64,000 nucleotides of DNA from Azolla caroliniana (Eukaryota; Plantae; Polypodiophyta), in NCBI GenBank assembly GCA_043228905.1, contig JBHGNT010000010.1:8060001-8124000 (forward strand). The letters are read 5' to 3'. The number at the start of each line of letters is the position of its first letter. Position 1 is the first letter of the stretch. Of this stretch, positions 1-13,296 are shown one piece after another. A program made the translations under genes and the position numbers. The notes under the pieces are model-generated. The model searched no databases and was not told where the DNA came from. It worked only from the letters and a program-made list of their open reading frames with translations.

Positions 1-3000
1 CCCGCTCACGCACGAAGTGGTAGTGCACCTCGATGTGCTTTGTGCGAGCATGGAACACAAGGTTCGTGGCGAGCTGCAGGCTGCTCATGTTATCGGAGTA
101 AATCGGGATCGGGGTGGGTACCTCGATCCGCAAGTCTCGCAGCAGTCGCCGAAGCCAGATGGCTTCACAAGTGGCAACGGTAGCGGCCCGGTACTCAGCC
201 TCAGTGCTTGACAAAGCCACTGTGAGCTGCTTCTTGTTGCTCCACGCAACGGCCGCGCTACCTATGGAGAACATGTATCCGGAAGTGGAGCGGCAATCAG
301 ATGCATCGTCGGCCAGTCAGCATCTGTGTAACCGACAAGCTCTTCAGGTATACCTCGACGGTATAGCAGTCCCCGGTCCTTAGTGCCGCTGACATACCGT
401 AAGATTCGTTGCGCGCACTGAAGGTGCTCCACGGTCGGCTTCTGCATGAACTGACTTACCATGCCGACCGGATAGCTGATGTCGGGTCGGGTGATGGTTA
501 AGTAGATCAAGCTTCCGACAACCTGTCGGAACCGTTTCTCATTGCAGGCCGGTCCGGAGTTGGGACGGAACTTCTGGTTCCGGTCCAGGGGTGTGGAGAC
601 AGGTCGGCAATCCGTCATGCCGAACTTATACAGCATATTCAACACGTAATGTTGTTGTGAGAGCAATATGCCGTCGGGGGTCCGGATCACTTCGATCCCA
701 AGAAAATAATGAAGGTCCCCCAGGTCCTTCATTTCGAATGTGTCCAACAACTGGGACTTGACGCGGTTGATTTCGGGAAGACCCGGTCCGATGAGGACTA
801 AATCATCCACATACAAGAGTATACATACCGGACCGTCAGAGCCTTGCCGGATGAACAACGAAGAGTCCGACTTAGAGACAGCAAACCCCAGCTTACGCAA
901 CCGGTGCGTTATCTTCGCGTTCCAGGCTCGGGGGGCTTGCTTCAAGCCGTAAAGCGACTTCTTCAATCGGCATACCGCCGACTTGTTCATCTCCGATTGA
1001 AATCCGGGGGGCTGAGTCATAAAGACTTCTTCTTCAAGCTCTCCTTGAAGGAAGGCGTTATTCACATCCATCTGGTGAAGATGCCACCCCCTTGCCGCAG
1101 CAACCGCCAGTATCACACGAACCGTCGTCATCTTCGCCACAAGAGCGAAGGTCTCGTCGTAGTCGATTCCGTGGGTTTGCGCGTATCCCTTCGCCACTAA
1201 CCGGGCTTTGTACTGGTTAACAGAACCATCGGCGTTGTACTTGACCTTGTACACCCACTTGCATCCGATCGGTTTACAGTGACGGGGAGGGTCAACTAGG
1301 TCCCAAGTTTCATTGGCATCGAGCGCCCGCATTTCTTCGTCCATAGCGGCACGCCAATTTGCGTCCTTTGCCGCTTCTGCGTAGCTCTCCGGCTCACGCA
1401 CTTCTGTCACCTTAGTCATGTACGCATAATGATGCGCCATGTATTCATTGTACCCGTACCGCATGACAGGATCCTTCTGGCGGGTTGATCGGCGCAATGC
1501 ACCGTCACCTGATTTGAGACCCTTCTTGGCCAGTTCGGTCTTCATTGCCGAAGATCCGCCTTTCTCCTTTCCGGAGTCAGATACGCACCGATCCGACTCA
1601 TCGTTGCCGGTTTCGAATTCCGGCATCTTCCTCTTCCCCTTCTCTTTGCGCGCGAACCGTTTCCTCGGTTCCTTGCGCGGGGAGAGCACGGCAGAGTCTC
1701 CACCACTTGCCGTCTCTTCATCCGACCGGTCCAACCGACTCAATCGCTCGTTCGGTCCACTCAACCGACTCAGTCGCTCGTTCGGTTCACTCAACCGTAA
1801 CGATTCCAGACTCTCATCTTGAGTCCCGACTTCATCAGCCTCTGTCAGGGGTGATTCAGGCTCACTGGCCTGATCTTCCGGCATTGGGTCGGGATTGGAA
1901 GTCGGAGTCAGTACGGAGTACCAGGATGCCGATTCATCGAACTCGACATCCCGGCTAACTCGGACTTCCTTCGTCCGGGGGTTATAGCACTTATACCCCT
2001 TTTGCTCTTGAGCATAGCCGACTAGGATGCATTTTTCCGATTTTGCATCTAGCTTTCTCCGCTTCTGATCCGGCACATGCACATACGCTATGCTGCCGAA
2101 TATCCGAAGGTGTCTTAAGTTCGGCTTGCGCCCGAAATATAGCTCATGAGCTGACACCTTGTCACCAATGCGGTTTTGTATGTAGACGGCCGTCCGGACC
2201 GCCTCCGCCCAGTAGAACCGGGGCATGCTCTTCTCCTCCAGCATTGTCCTTGCCGCTTCGATGAGTGTCCGGTTCTTCCTTTCGGCTACACCGTTTTGCT
2301 CCGGTGTGTATCTGCAGCTGAACTCTCACCGAATTCCCTTCTCCTGCAGATAACTAGTGAATTGGCCGGAAAAATATTCCTTTCCGCCATTCGACCGAAG
2401 GCATTTGATCTTCCTCTCTGATTCCTGTTCCACCATCTTCTGGAGGCTCCGGAAACAGTCGAAGACTTCGCTCTTCCGCTCAATGAGGTAGATCCAAGTA
2501 TGTCGAGTATAGTCGTCGATGAAGGAGACGAAGTACCGGCTCCCGCCAAGGCTTACACTTTGTGCCAGTCCCCACACATCCGAATGGATGAGATCGAGCT
2601 TGTTACGGCTCCGGTTCCGTTCGGTGGGGAATGGAAGCCGGTGTTGCTTCCCAAATTGGCAGGCTTCACAAATTTCGGCTCTCCGGCCGCTGAACTTCGG
2701 CAAACTGAAAATGACTTGTTTCGTTTGCAGATCTTGAAGCCTCTGGTAGTTGACGTGGCCTGTCCGCTTGTGCCACACGTCGATGTCCGACTCAACCTTC
2801 TGTCGTTTCGCGAACAGAGCGGTGCCAAAGTCATTGGTGTTGAGGATAAACATCCTCCTATCTCTGCGCCCTTGCGCAATGACTTCGCCCTCATCCTTAA
2901 TGAAGCACTCGAGGTGCATAAACCGCACCTGCATACCCTGGTCGACAATCTGACCGACGGACACCAGGTTCTTCGTGATTGTCGGAATGTGTAATACGTT

Positions 3001-4191
3001 CATCAGCTTCCCTTTATGTCCGACGTGCCTTAGAGGGACTTCTCCGACGTGCACGATTGGGTGAGGAGTGTCGTCTCCGGTTTCGACTACTCCTGATTGA
3101 TCCGGTTTCTCCAGAAAGGAGAACTACTCTTTGTGGCTCGTCATGTGGTTCGACGCGCCGGAATCAACATACCACACTTCCTCCGTTTTGGAAGTGGTCT
3201 TCTTCATTGAGTTTGCCTTGTGATTCATCACCAAGGCTGGCCCCTTACCGGCCTTTCCAGTTCCGGATCCTCCTAATCCGTTTGCGTAGTGCGAGTTTTG
3301 TCGGCCATCCTTACCGGTCTTGCCGGATCCGGATTTGTCCGAATCGGCACGCTTTCTCCAGCACTCACTTTCCCTATGGCCTTTTTTGCCACAATACCAG
3401 CATTCCGTAGCGGATTTGTCTTGCCGGCCTCCGGCACCGCCTTGACTCCCCCTACTTGTGGAAGTCCCGGAACTGCTGTCGGCACACTCATAGTGCCTTC
3501 GTTCCTGCTCTTGCCGGCCGCCTCCATTGCATGCCGACCCACCTCTTCCACCACGCCCACGGAGCCGATCCGTTCCCGTGTACAGCATTTGGCTGTCCGG
3601 GGATGCACTGGTAGATGCACCGGCGTGGTTCTCCTCTACAAGGAGCATCGACTGTAAGTCGAAGAATGAGGGGGTATTCTCCCTTGTACACACCACAGTC
3701 CGGAACGCTCCGAACTTGGACGCCAGGCCTCCGAGACATACCTGCACCATCTCGTCTTCCTCTATGGTAACATTGATAGAGGCGAGCGAGTCGCAGGTTT
3801 CCTTTATCCGGCCCGTGTAGTCTCCCACGGACATGTTCTTCTGTCGAACATTGCTCAACTCTTGTCTGAGTTGCAACTTCCGGGCAGTGGTGCTTGCGGC
3901 GAAAACCTTTTTCAGGTTCCCCCAAGCATCCTTCGGTGTCTTGGCGTCACGGATGTGGCTGAGCAGCTGATCGCCGACACTGGACGCGAAGCAGTACATC
4001 ACCCTGCTTGCCGCCTGTTCCTATACCGGGAAGTCCTTGTGTGCCGAGTCTGGCACCGCATCATTCGCTCCTTCGACATAACTCCAGTACCCGTGTCCAA
4101 ACAGGTACTGGTGCATCTTGTAAGACCAGGATGCGTAGTTGCTCCTGTCGATCTTCTCCACCGGGAGCGACGTAGCCATGCCTCTATCCAT
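1..4191 (-). pseudogene. gag-pol of copia A1, broken into several ORFs (3124-4002, 2326-3054, 262-2244)
   Basis: Provided ORF translations show copia gag, PR, IN, RT and RNase H motifs. The frame is interrupted by stops and a frameshift near 300. Confidence 0.9.
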
Positions 4192-4285
4192 GTCTTCTAC
4201 TGTGTCTGTTTTCGGCCTGTTAGGGTTTTCTTCTCAAGAGTAAATGTTTGCAGCAGAGATTCTCAACCCTCGCGCTCTGATACCA

Positions 4286-4712
4286 TGTAAGCGTAAGTGT
4301 TTGCGGAAGCGTAAAACAGAGAACAACACACACACAGAGACAGAGAGACAGAGAGACAGAGAGACAGAGAGAAACAGAGAGAGCAGAACGTAATTTCAAA
4401 ATTATATCAAGACTCTGTATACACACTGTGCTAAGTAGCACTATTTATACAAGTCCTCTTGGGACTGACAGAAGTACCATGTACTTCAATGCTCACACGA
4501 GCATCTAACACTTACTACGAGACTATAGCTACCTAGTAGTCTATCCTATACTAGGCTTCCGATTCGACTTCCGGTTACGGATTGCACTCGGCCTCCACTG
4601 CTTGCCGGTTCGGTTGCTCACCGTCATACCGATCCGTTTCGCCCAATCCGTCTCGCTTACCGGCTCCGGCTTATTCAGCGGATCCGGCTCCAGTTGAGCT
4701 TGCCGCTCAACA
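4286..4712 (-). repeat. 5' LTR of copia A1 (427 bp)
   Basis: TG...CA termini. Nearly identical to the LTRs at 41552-41953 and 47365-47767. TATA-like CTTGTATAAATAG and a CT-microsatellite. Confidence 0.95.
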
Positions 4713-4930
4713 CTAACCAATTCTACAACTTCGCGACTTGCTTGCTCCGGGATGACTCTTTGCTCAAGCAAATAGCAAAAGCCACTACGATTGACAAGTT
4801 CGCCACAGAAGTCAAGGCAAGTATCACAAACCCCTCCCATGAACCCAAAAGACCTGATTTAGCTCATTTTACAATTCAGGATAATCTTTTGTTTCAAGAT
4901 AATCTTTTGTAAGTCCTAGAAGGTGAACAA
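4713..4930 (+). pseudogene. Short Ty3/gypsy pol fragment (RNase H-integrase linker)
   Basis: Translation ...HFTIQDNLLFQDNLL*VLEG resembles the gypsy 'DGLLYY..RLYVP' segment preceding the integrase zinc-binding domain. Recognised by motif resemblance only. Confidence 0.45.
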
Positions 4931-4932
4931 AC

Positions 4933-5418
4933 TATCACGAACGGGTGGAATGAGGCTAAGTACTAAGAGAGAGTGAGAGCATAAGCAAGATCACAAGATT
5001 TTCAAAGACAAGTAGACGAGGCTCAATATTAAGAGATAGTGGGGGAGAGAGCATAGACAAGCGAACAAGCAAGAGAGAGGATAGACAAATAAACAAGAAT
5101 TGTATATGGTTTCGTAACTGGTGTTGTTCACCTTGATTGTAATCAAGGTGCACCCCAATATTTATACAAGAATGTGGAGGTATGCATGAAAGCTAGAAGA
5201 CTTCTAGAGAGTGTATGGAAACTTCTAGAGAGTGCATGAAGATGCATTCTCTAGAGGTTCTTGAAAGTTCTAGTGATCAATCTATAATGAAATAAGTTGA
5301 GTCTTACACAATACAATAATGCATAGATGGATGTAGCTCAATTCGTAAGGTTGCCCAATAAGACCAAAAGGTCATGGGTTCAACCCCCACCATTCCATGT
5401 GGCATCCTGTCTATGATA
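4933..5418 (-). mobile_element. Solo-LTR-like element (TGTCAC...GTGACA type, decayed termini) carrying a tRNA-like module
   Basis: Termini TATCACGA...ATGATA are inverted and look like G>A-decayed TGTCAC/GTGACA. Minus-strand TATA (ATTTATACAAG) and a TCTAGA-rich block. Same layout as 39197-39671. No TSD. Confidence 0.6.
5327..5398 (+). other. tRNA-like (Pol III A/B box) sequence, degenerate
   Basis: TAGCTCAATTCG A-box at 5334. T-arm (A)TGGG-TTCAACC-CCCA(C) at 5374-5390. Acceptor-like pairing ATGGATG/CATTCCAT. Anticodon arm not recognisable. Confidence 0.6.
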
Positions 5419-8400
5419 GACATTGTCTTCTTGGAAGACAAGACAATAGATGACTAAGAGGCAAAAGTCAGAATCGACTTCCCAATCGACTCCCACTACC
5501 ACCAACTTAAGGCCAAATGAACCGACACCAGTCGACATAGCTAGCATGCTTTTATTGTAGAAAGAATGTACACTTCCAAAAGGACTACCGACATCTCAAA
5601 AGGACAAGAGTGTCGGCAATAATGTCCAACCCAGGAAGATTCTTGACGAAAAGGACACATCAACTGTAGCTATGAGTGCAGAGGAGATTTTGTTCATTTG
5701 TGAGTAGGCAAGCACAAATCTTGCAAGCGAAGAGTGCACCTGGGTAATCGACTCGTGTGCATCCTTCCATATAACTCCATTGGGTGAATGCTTCTCGATT
5801 TACATAGCCGGAGATCATGGCTATGAGAAGATGGGAGACAATGGTGAGTGCAAGATAGCCTGCATTGGAATCGTGTGCCGAATGACGTCGACAAGTTGTC
5901 GATTGACGTTGAGGGAAGTTCAACATGTCCCCGATATTAGGTTGAGTCTTATATTGACTAGAAAGTTGGATGACGAAGGCTATAGTGGTAGCTTCCGGAA
6001 TGGTAAGTGAAAGGTTTTTTGTGGAAACCCCATAGTGGCAAGAGCACAGAAAGAGGTCATACTGTATATGATGCATGACCGGCTATGCAAGTCGGAAGTG
6101 AATGTGGCACCCAACTCGAGTGGAGAGTTATGGCATAAAAGGCTCGACCACATGAGTGAAAAAGAAGTGCACATCCTGGCTAACCAAGATCTTCTCCTAG
6201 AAGTGAAAGGAGTACACTTGGAGAAGTGTGTCAAATGCTTAGCCTGAAAGCAGTACCGAGCGGCATTCCACACAAGAACACTAAGAAGAAGAGAAGTTGC
6301 ACTGGAACTAGTACACACAAATGTGTGTTATGTAGATGCTCCATCGCCGAGGTGGACAATTATTTGTAACATTTATTGACGACTATAGTCAAAAGACATG
6401 GGCCTTCGTGGTGAAGACGTAGGATTAAGTCCTGTCAATGTCCAAGGAGTTCTAGGCAAGAACCAAACAATAGTTGGGTCAGAAGTTGAAGGCAGTCCAA
6501 GCCGACAATGGTGGCGAATATAAAGAGTAGTTCGAGGACTACTTCAAGGCCCAAGGCATTTGAATCGAATACAAAGTGCCAGGGATCCCTGAGTTGAATG
6601 GGCTTGCAAAGAGGATGAATCGAACAATCATAGAGAGAGTAAGGACCGTGCTCTCTCATGCTAAACTACCGAAATCATATTGGGTTGAGGCAATGTACAT
6701 AGCTCTTTACCTTATCAACAGGTCCACCTCAGTACCATTGAAAGGTGATGTCCCATAGAGGGTGTGGACAGGAAAGGATTTCTCCTAGCGATACCTAAGG
6801 GTGTTCAAATGTTTAATTTATATGCATGTGGCTAAGGATAAGAGGTCAAAACTCGACAACAAGTCGAAACCATGCATATTCATGGGATACTCAAAGGATG
6901 AGTTCAGCTACAAGCTGTGGGACTTAGTCGATAAGAAAGTAGTGAGGAGTCGGGAAATAAACTTCTTGGAAGACAAGACAATACAGGACTAAGAAGCAGA
7001 AGTCGGAATTGACTTCCACTACCACCGACGTAAGCCCAAATGAACTAACACAGTCGGTTGTTCGAAGATAGCCAGTTGGCACACGTAACATGCTTTTATT
7101 GTGGAAAGAATGGACACTTTGAGAAGGACTGTCGACACCTCAAGAAGGACAACAGTGTCGACCATAATGTCCAACCGAGGAAGATTCCTGATGCAAAGGG
7201 CACATCAGTCGTAGCTACGAGTGCAGAGGAGATTTTGTTCATTTGTGAGCAGGCAAGCACAAATCTTGCAAGCGAAGAGTGCATCGGGGTAATCGACTTG
7301 GGTGCATCTGTCCATATATCTCTATCGAGTGAGTACTTCTCAACATACATAGACGGAGATCATGGCTATGTAAAGACGGGAGACAATGGTGAGTGCAAGC
7401 TAGCTAGCATTGGAAGCGTGTGCCTAATTATGTCGTCAGGTTGTCGACTAACGCTGAGGGAAGTTCGACATGTCCCCGATATCAGATTGAATCTGATATC
7501 AACTAGAAAGTTGGATGATGAAGGCTATAGTGGTAGGTTCCGGAATGGTAAGTGGAAGTTTTGTCATGGAAACCTCACAGTGGCAAGAGCACAGAAAGAG
7601 AGCACATTGTATATGATGCATGCCCGACTATGCAAGTCAAAAGTGAATGTGGCACCCGACTCGAGTGGAGAGTGATGGCATAAGAGGCTCGACCACATGA
7701 ATGAAAAAGGAGTGTGCATCCTGGCTGACCAAGAACTTCTCCCATAAGTGAAAGGAGTACACTTGGGAAAGTGTGTCAACTGCTTAGCCTGAAAGCAGAA
7801 TTGAGCGGCGTTGCACACAAAACCACCAAGAAGAAGAGAAGTTGCATTGGAACTAGTACAGACAAATGTGTGCTATGTAGATGCTCCATCGCATCAAGGT
7901 GGGTAGTTATTTGTAATGTTTATTGAAGACTATAGTCAAAAGACATGGGCTTTTGTGGTGAAGACAAAGGATCAAGTCCTATCAATGTTCAAGGAGTTCT
8001 AGGAAAGAACCGAACGAGAGTCGGGTTGGAAGTTCAAGGTTGTCCGAACCGACAATGGCGACGAATATAAAGGGCGGTTCGAGGACTGTTGCAAGGCCCA
8101 AGGTATTCGAATCGAACAATCATGGAGGGAGTAAGGAGCATGCTCTCTCATGCTAAATTGCCGAAATTGTATTGGGTTGGGGCCATGTACACAATTGTTT
8201 ACCTGATCAACAGGTTCCCCTCAGTACCATTGATAGGTGATGTCTCACAGAGCGTGTGGACTGGAAAGGATGTCTCCTACTAACACCTAAGGTGTTCGGA
8301 TGTTTAGTGTATATGCATGTGGCTAAGCATCAGAGGTCAAAGCTCGACAACAAGTCAAAACCATGCATATTCATGGGATATTCAGAGGATGAGTTCGGCT

Positions 8401-11150
8401 ACAGGCTGTGGGACTTAGTTGATAAGAAGGTAGTGAGGAGTCGGGACATAGTCTTCTTGGAAGAGAAGATAATAGAGGACTGGAAGAAGCAGAAGTCGGA
8501 ATTGACTTCCTAGTCGACTCCCACTACCACCAACTTAAGGCCAAATGAACCAATAGAGTCGGTTGTTTGGAGACAGCCAGTCGGCATAGCTGAATCCGAG
8601 TCGGTGGACTCGGAGCAACTGACAAATATAGATGACTCAGAATTGGGTAACTCCCAACGATCGATTGACACATATGAACCCGAGCCAAGAGTAGAGTCGG
8701 AAAAGACATCCGAGGTGGAGCCGAGAACGAGTGGAAGGAGATACCCACTCAGAGAAAGGAAAGCATCCATGACATATGTCAGTCAATACATCCTCTTGAC
8801 TGATGAAGGTGAACCAGAGTGCTACAAAGAAGCCATAAGTAATGAGCACAAGGAGAAACGGCAGAGCGCAATGCAAGATGAGATGGACTCCTTCCATGAA
8901 AACTACACCTATGACCTAGTAGAACTACCGAAATCACCAGTCGTGAAGATGACATCCATCCGAACTGTTCTGAGCATAGCTGCTAGGATGGACCTAGAGA
9001 TCAAACAGTTGGATGTCAAGAGGGCATTCTTGCACGGGGAGATGGATGAAGAGATCCACATGCAACAACCCGAAGGCTTTGAGGAGAAAGGGAAAGAGAA
9101 CCTGGTGTGTGGATTGAAGAAAAGCTTGTATGGTCTGAAGCAAGCTCCACACCAATGGTACACAAAGTTTGAATCCTTCATGACGGAACATCGGTTCCAG
9201 AAAACACAGATTGATCACTGTGTGTTCGTGAAAAGGTACGAAGAAGACGATTTCTTGATTCTCTTATTATATGTAGATGACATGTTGATAGTAGATCAAG
9301 ACACAAGGAAAATCGGGAGCTTGAGGAAAGCCCTAGGAAAGTCGTTTGCCATAAAAGATCTTGGACCGGCTTAACAGATCTTGGGGATGCACATAGTTTG
9401 AGATATAACTAAGTAAGTGTTGTGGTTGTCACAACATAAGTATGTGACAAAGATCCTAGAGAGGTTCAACATGTCGGAAGCAAAGCCGGTCGGCTCTATG
9501 TTTTTGACCAACTGCAAGTTAAATGCTAGGCAATGTGTGAGAGGGGAGAGAGAAAAGGCTGAGATGAAGAAAGTACCATATGCCTCAGCCATCGGCAGTT
9601 TAATGTACGCTATGGTCTGCACGATGAAGACTAGAGAAGTCGACAACACACCCAAGTACAAAGCTCGCATTGTGGTGAAGGGGTTCCAACGGAAAAACGG
9701 TGTTGACTTCGACGAAATATTCGCACCAGTTGTGAAGATGACATCCATCCGAACTGTTCTGAGCATTGCTACAAGCATGGATCTGGAGATCGAACAATTG
9801 GATGTCAAGACAACATTATTGCGCGGGGAGCTGGATGAAGAAATCTATATGCAGCAACCCAAAGGCTTTGTGGAGAAAGGGAAAGAGAACCTAGTGTGTA
9901 GACTGAAGAAAAGCTTGTATGGGTTGAAAAAAGGTCCACACCAATGGTACAAGAAGTTTGAGTCCTTCATGGTGGAACATAGGTTCCAGAAAACACAAGC
10001 TGATCATTGTGTGTTTGTCAAAAAGTACGATGAAGGGAACTTCTTAATTCTCTTGTTATATGTGGATGACATGTTGATAGTCGGACAAGATACGAAGAAG
10101 ATTGTGAGCTTGAAGAAAGCACTAGGCAAGTCGTTTGCCATGAAAGATCTTGGGCCGGCAAAGCAAATCTTAGGGATGCACATAGTTCGAGATAGAACTA
10201 AGAAAATGTTGTGGTTGTCACAAGAAGAAATATGTGACAAAGATCCTGGAGAGGTTCAACATGTCGGAAGCAAAGTCAGTCGGCTCGGTGTTGCTGACAA
10301 ATTGTAGGTTGAATGCAAAGCAATGCTCAAGGAGTGAGAAAGAAAAGGTTGAGATGAGAAAAGTATTGTATGCCTCAGCCGTTGGCAGTTTAATGTATGC
10401 TATGGTTTGTACGAGATCAGACATAACATTTGTTGTGGGGGCAGTAAGTTGATATATGAGTAATCCAAGTAGGGAACACTGGGCAACTATGAAATGGATA
10501 CTCAGGTACTTGAAAGGCCCCTCGGGTGTGTGTCTTAGGTATGGTGTCAGAAAACCTATGCTCGAAGGCTGACTCGGACATGTCGGGGGATGTAGACTTA
10601 AGTCGATCCACTTCAGGGTACGTGATGACCTATGCAGGGGGAGCAGTGTCGTGGCAGTCATGACTACAGAAGTCTGTGGCGTTGTCGACCACATCGGCAG
10701 AGTACATGGCAGTAGTAGAGGCCGACAAAGAGCTAATCTAGATGAGAAATTTTCTCAACGAGTTAGGGATGAAGCAAAGGAAGTTCCTACTTCATTGTGA
10801 TAGTCAGAGTGCCATACATCTAGCACTGAATGTTACTTACCACTCCCGAACCAAGCACATACAAAGAAAGTATCACTGGTTGCGAGAGAAAGTGGAAGAA
10901 GAAGAGTTTACCCTTGTGAAGATCCATACTGGCAACAATGGATCTTACATGTTGACAGAGAACCTACCGATGGACAGACTCAGAGTTTGTCAACAAAGGA
11001 CAAGGCTAATCGACTCCACCCATAGGAGTGAAGGGGGATTTTGTTAGGAATATGTCCATCCTATGGGAGGAGCCGATTGGTCGGACAGATACAAAATACA
11101 AAATAGAGAAGCGACAATTCTTCCCAACCCGTCTTGTGTAAGACGATGGC
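5419..11150 (+). mobile_element. Degenerate, internally duplicated Ty1/copia relic (Tnt1/Tork-like family B)
   Basis: Zinc knuckle CFYCGKNGHFEKDC, protease-like IDLGASVH, integrase (PCIFMGYSEDEFGYRLWD), RT (LLLYVDDMLI, twice) and RNase H (HCDSQSAIHLA). PPT GAGTGAAGGGGGA at about 11026-11038, then a truncated 3' LTR starting TGTTAGGAATATGTCC at 11042. Confidence 0.92.
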
Positions 11151-11830
11151 TAGCCATGGATCCTTCATTTGATAGAAATGATTGAGCACTTCCTCAAATT
11201 TCCCCATTCTCAACATCTCGAGTATCACCACAAACTTTCAAGCCATAACCAAGTACAAATGTGTTTGGCAAGATATTATGTGTTTGCGTCTCCTTCATGA
11301 GGTTTAGTGCTTCCTCACCATGCTCATGTTCTACATAACCAATTATTAGTGCAGTCCATAGGATCACATGTTTGACTGGCAAGTTGTCAAAAGTTGGTGT
11401 GCTACTTCAATCAATCCAATTGCCAATAAGAAGATGTTTGTCGAATCCTTTCTTAATTATCTCAACATGCATTTGCTTGATGAATACTAGACTATTGTAT
11501 GATTTTACGCTGCAAAGTAATGGTATAGTGTCTTGAGAAACACGTTTTTGTTACATTTTCTCAATACAACAGATTACCTTCTCAACATCCCCACATTTAG
11601 TATATTGTGAAATTAATGCATTCCACAATACTACATCTTTACTCGTGAGTTTGAGAGACACATGTTGAGTTTCTGCAAGACGGCTATATTTAGCCTAAAC
11701 ATTAGTTACCAAAGTCCTATTGATAAGAAACTCCTTTTCTAATCCCTTGAGGAAGATCGAGATATATTTTGTGATTATCATGCGATAAAACTTTGGCATG
11801 TAAGCATAAAAGTACAACCCGTTTGTTGCA
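11150..11830 (-). pseudogene. PLS-class pentatricopeptide-repeat (PPR) gene remnant
   Basis: ORF 11194-11382 reads VILWTALIIGYVEHEHGEEALNLMKE. The minus strand near 11580-11640 reads KDVVLWNALISQYTKCGDVEK. These are typical PPR repeats, with stops and frameshifts. Confidence 0.8.
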
Positions 11831-12859
11831 ACGCAAGTTCGATTCATAAACGTTTTTAGATAATAGTGTTAAGTATAATGACATGATGCCTAATCTATCA
11901 AATGATCCAAGATCTTGGTGTATGAACATCATTTGACCTGCCATATTGACCATGTAGAAATTTGCGTGAATCGATTGGCTTTGATAAACCTTAACAAATG
12001 TAGAGAAATTTCCAACGATACAAATCTATTTATGAAATGATGAAAGCTAATCTATATGTACAAGAACATCAAGGTTTACAATGTGAAATACCATAAGAAT
12101 AAATAAGGCAGAATAAGGATTAATTTGAGAAGAGTTAAGAAATGATACTAGGCGCGCTCAATGTAGGAGATGTAAGGACCACATTAATATATGGGAGATG
12201 ATGAGACGGGAGGAACATGTTAATAAATGATTGAAGTCGTTGCATTGATCTCAACTAATAAAGTGACTATTTTCATTTAAGAAAAAGAGCACCACCGACA
12301 TTGTTGTTGTTGCTCTAGACAAAAAGAAATATTTTAAATCGAGTTCTTTTATCGACATTGCCTTTTGAAAGGAAAGTTCCAAAAGATAGTGAAGGGAGAA
12401 CAAATAAATATCACTCGTACTTTGTCTTTATAAAGGTGTCATGAGATTTATAATTTTTGCCATGTTTGCTAAAATATATTGTTCTCTATGTTTGGTTACT
12501 TCATAGATACTTTTTGCAAACAAGAGGTGATGCATCACATTGTTCTTTGATTATAATGCCTTATCAATCAAGGATGTCATGTAAAACGTCCCTCTACGAA
12601 ACAATAATATTGTGAAATTAAGTATTCTTGTTGAAATAATATTTGAGACACACCGTCACACGAGGAGGTCTCAAAAACAAAGAAAATGTGCTGAAAATAA
12701 GTGGAATGTGTACTCTTTTAATCTAAAAGAAAAAATCGAGGGTGCCAATTGGTTGATGCGGTCACAATCCCTAAAATGGCCGGTTTCGGAGCATTTGCAA
12801 GAGAGATCAAATGAATTTAGAAACAAATCGACATGATGAAATGATACATGTCTAAGATG

Positions 12860-13140
12860 ATTGACGAACAACAATAGACAACATATGACGAGGACGACGA
12901 CAACAAACGATAGACGACAACAACAAACGAGAGATGACAACAACAGACACTAGACAACAACAAGGGCAATAGACAATGAGGATGACAAACGACAAACAAC
13001 AATAGACAACAGACAACAGACAACAGACAATAGACAATAGACAACAGATGACAACACACAACAAAAACTAACAACAAACGGCGATCACAACAAACAACAG
13101 ATAACGATGAAGACAACAACAACAACAACAACAACAACTA
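12860..13140. repeat. Low-complexity (CAA/GAC/CAGACAA)n tract
   Basis: Runs of caacaa, gacgac and cagacaa, ending in a (CAA)n microsatellite. Confidence 0.85.
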
Positions 13141-13296
13141 AACAGAAAAAATCAATAGAGAGGCTAAACGCAATCAGGATGAAGTGCCTCAAAACAAGGG
13201 ATTGCCATCATTCTTTTTGTTCAATTATTATCCCCAATTATAAAGAAAGTTGCGCCTCGAAGCACAGGGGTGATGGGGGGGGGGGTGTTTCCTTCA

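Larger units (their letters stand above)
1..4712 (-). mobile_element. Ty1/copia LTR retrotransposon, copy A1 (subfamily a); 3' end lies outside the window; frameshifted
   Basis: 5' LTR 4286-4712 (TGTTGAGCGG...TTACA on minus) is followed directly by the tRNA-iMet PBS TGGTATCAGAGC. The gag-pol order is gag/zinc knuckle CWYCGKKGHRESEC, protease WYVDSGASNHM, integrase (CEAC, LIHSDVWG, KGYKCYNP), RT (YVDD), RNase H (GYTDADW). Confidence 0.97.

Noticed and set aside
5327-5398. Functional tRNA gene
   Set aside because: The D and anticodon arms do not pair and no anticodon can be assigned. Kept only as tRNA-like.
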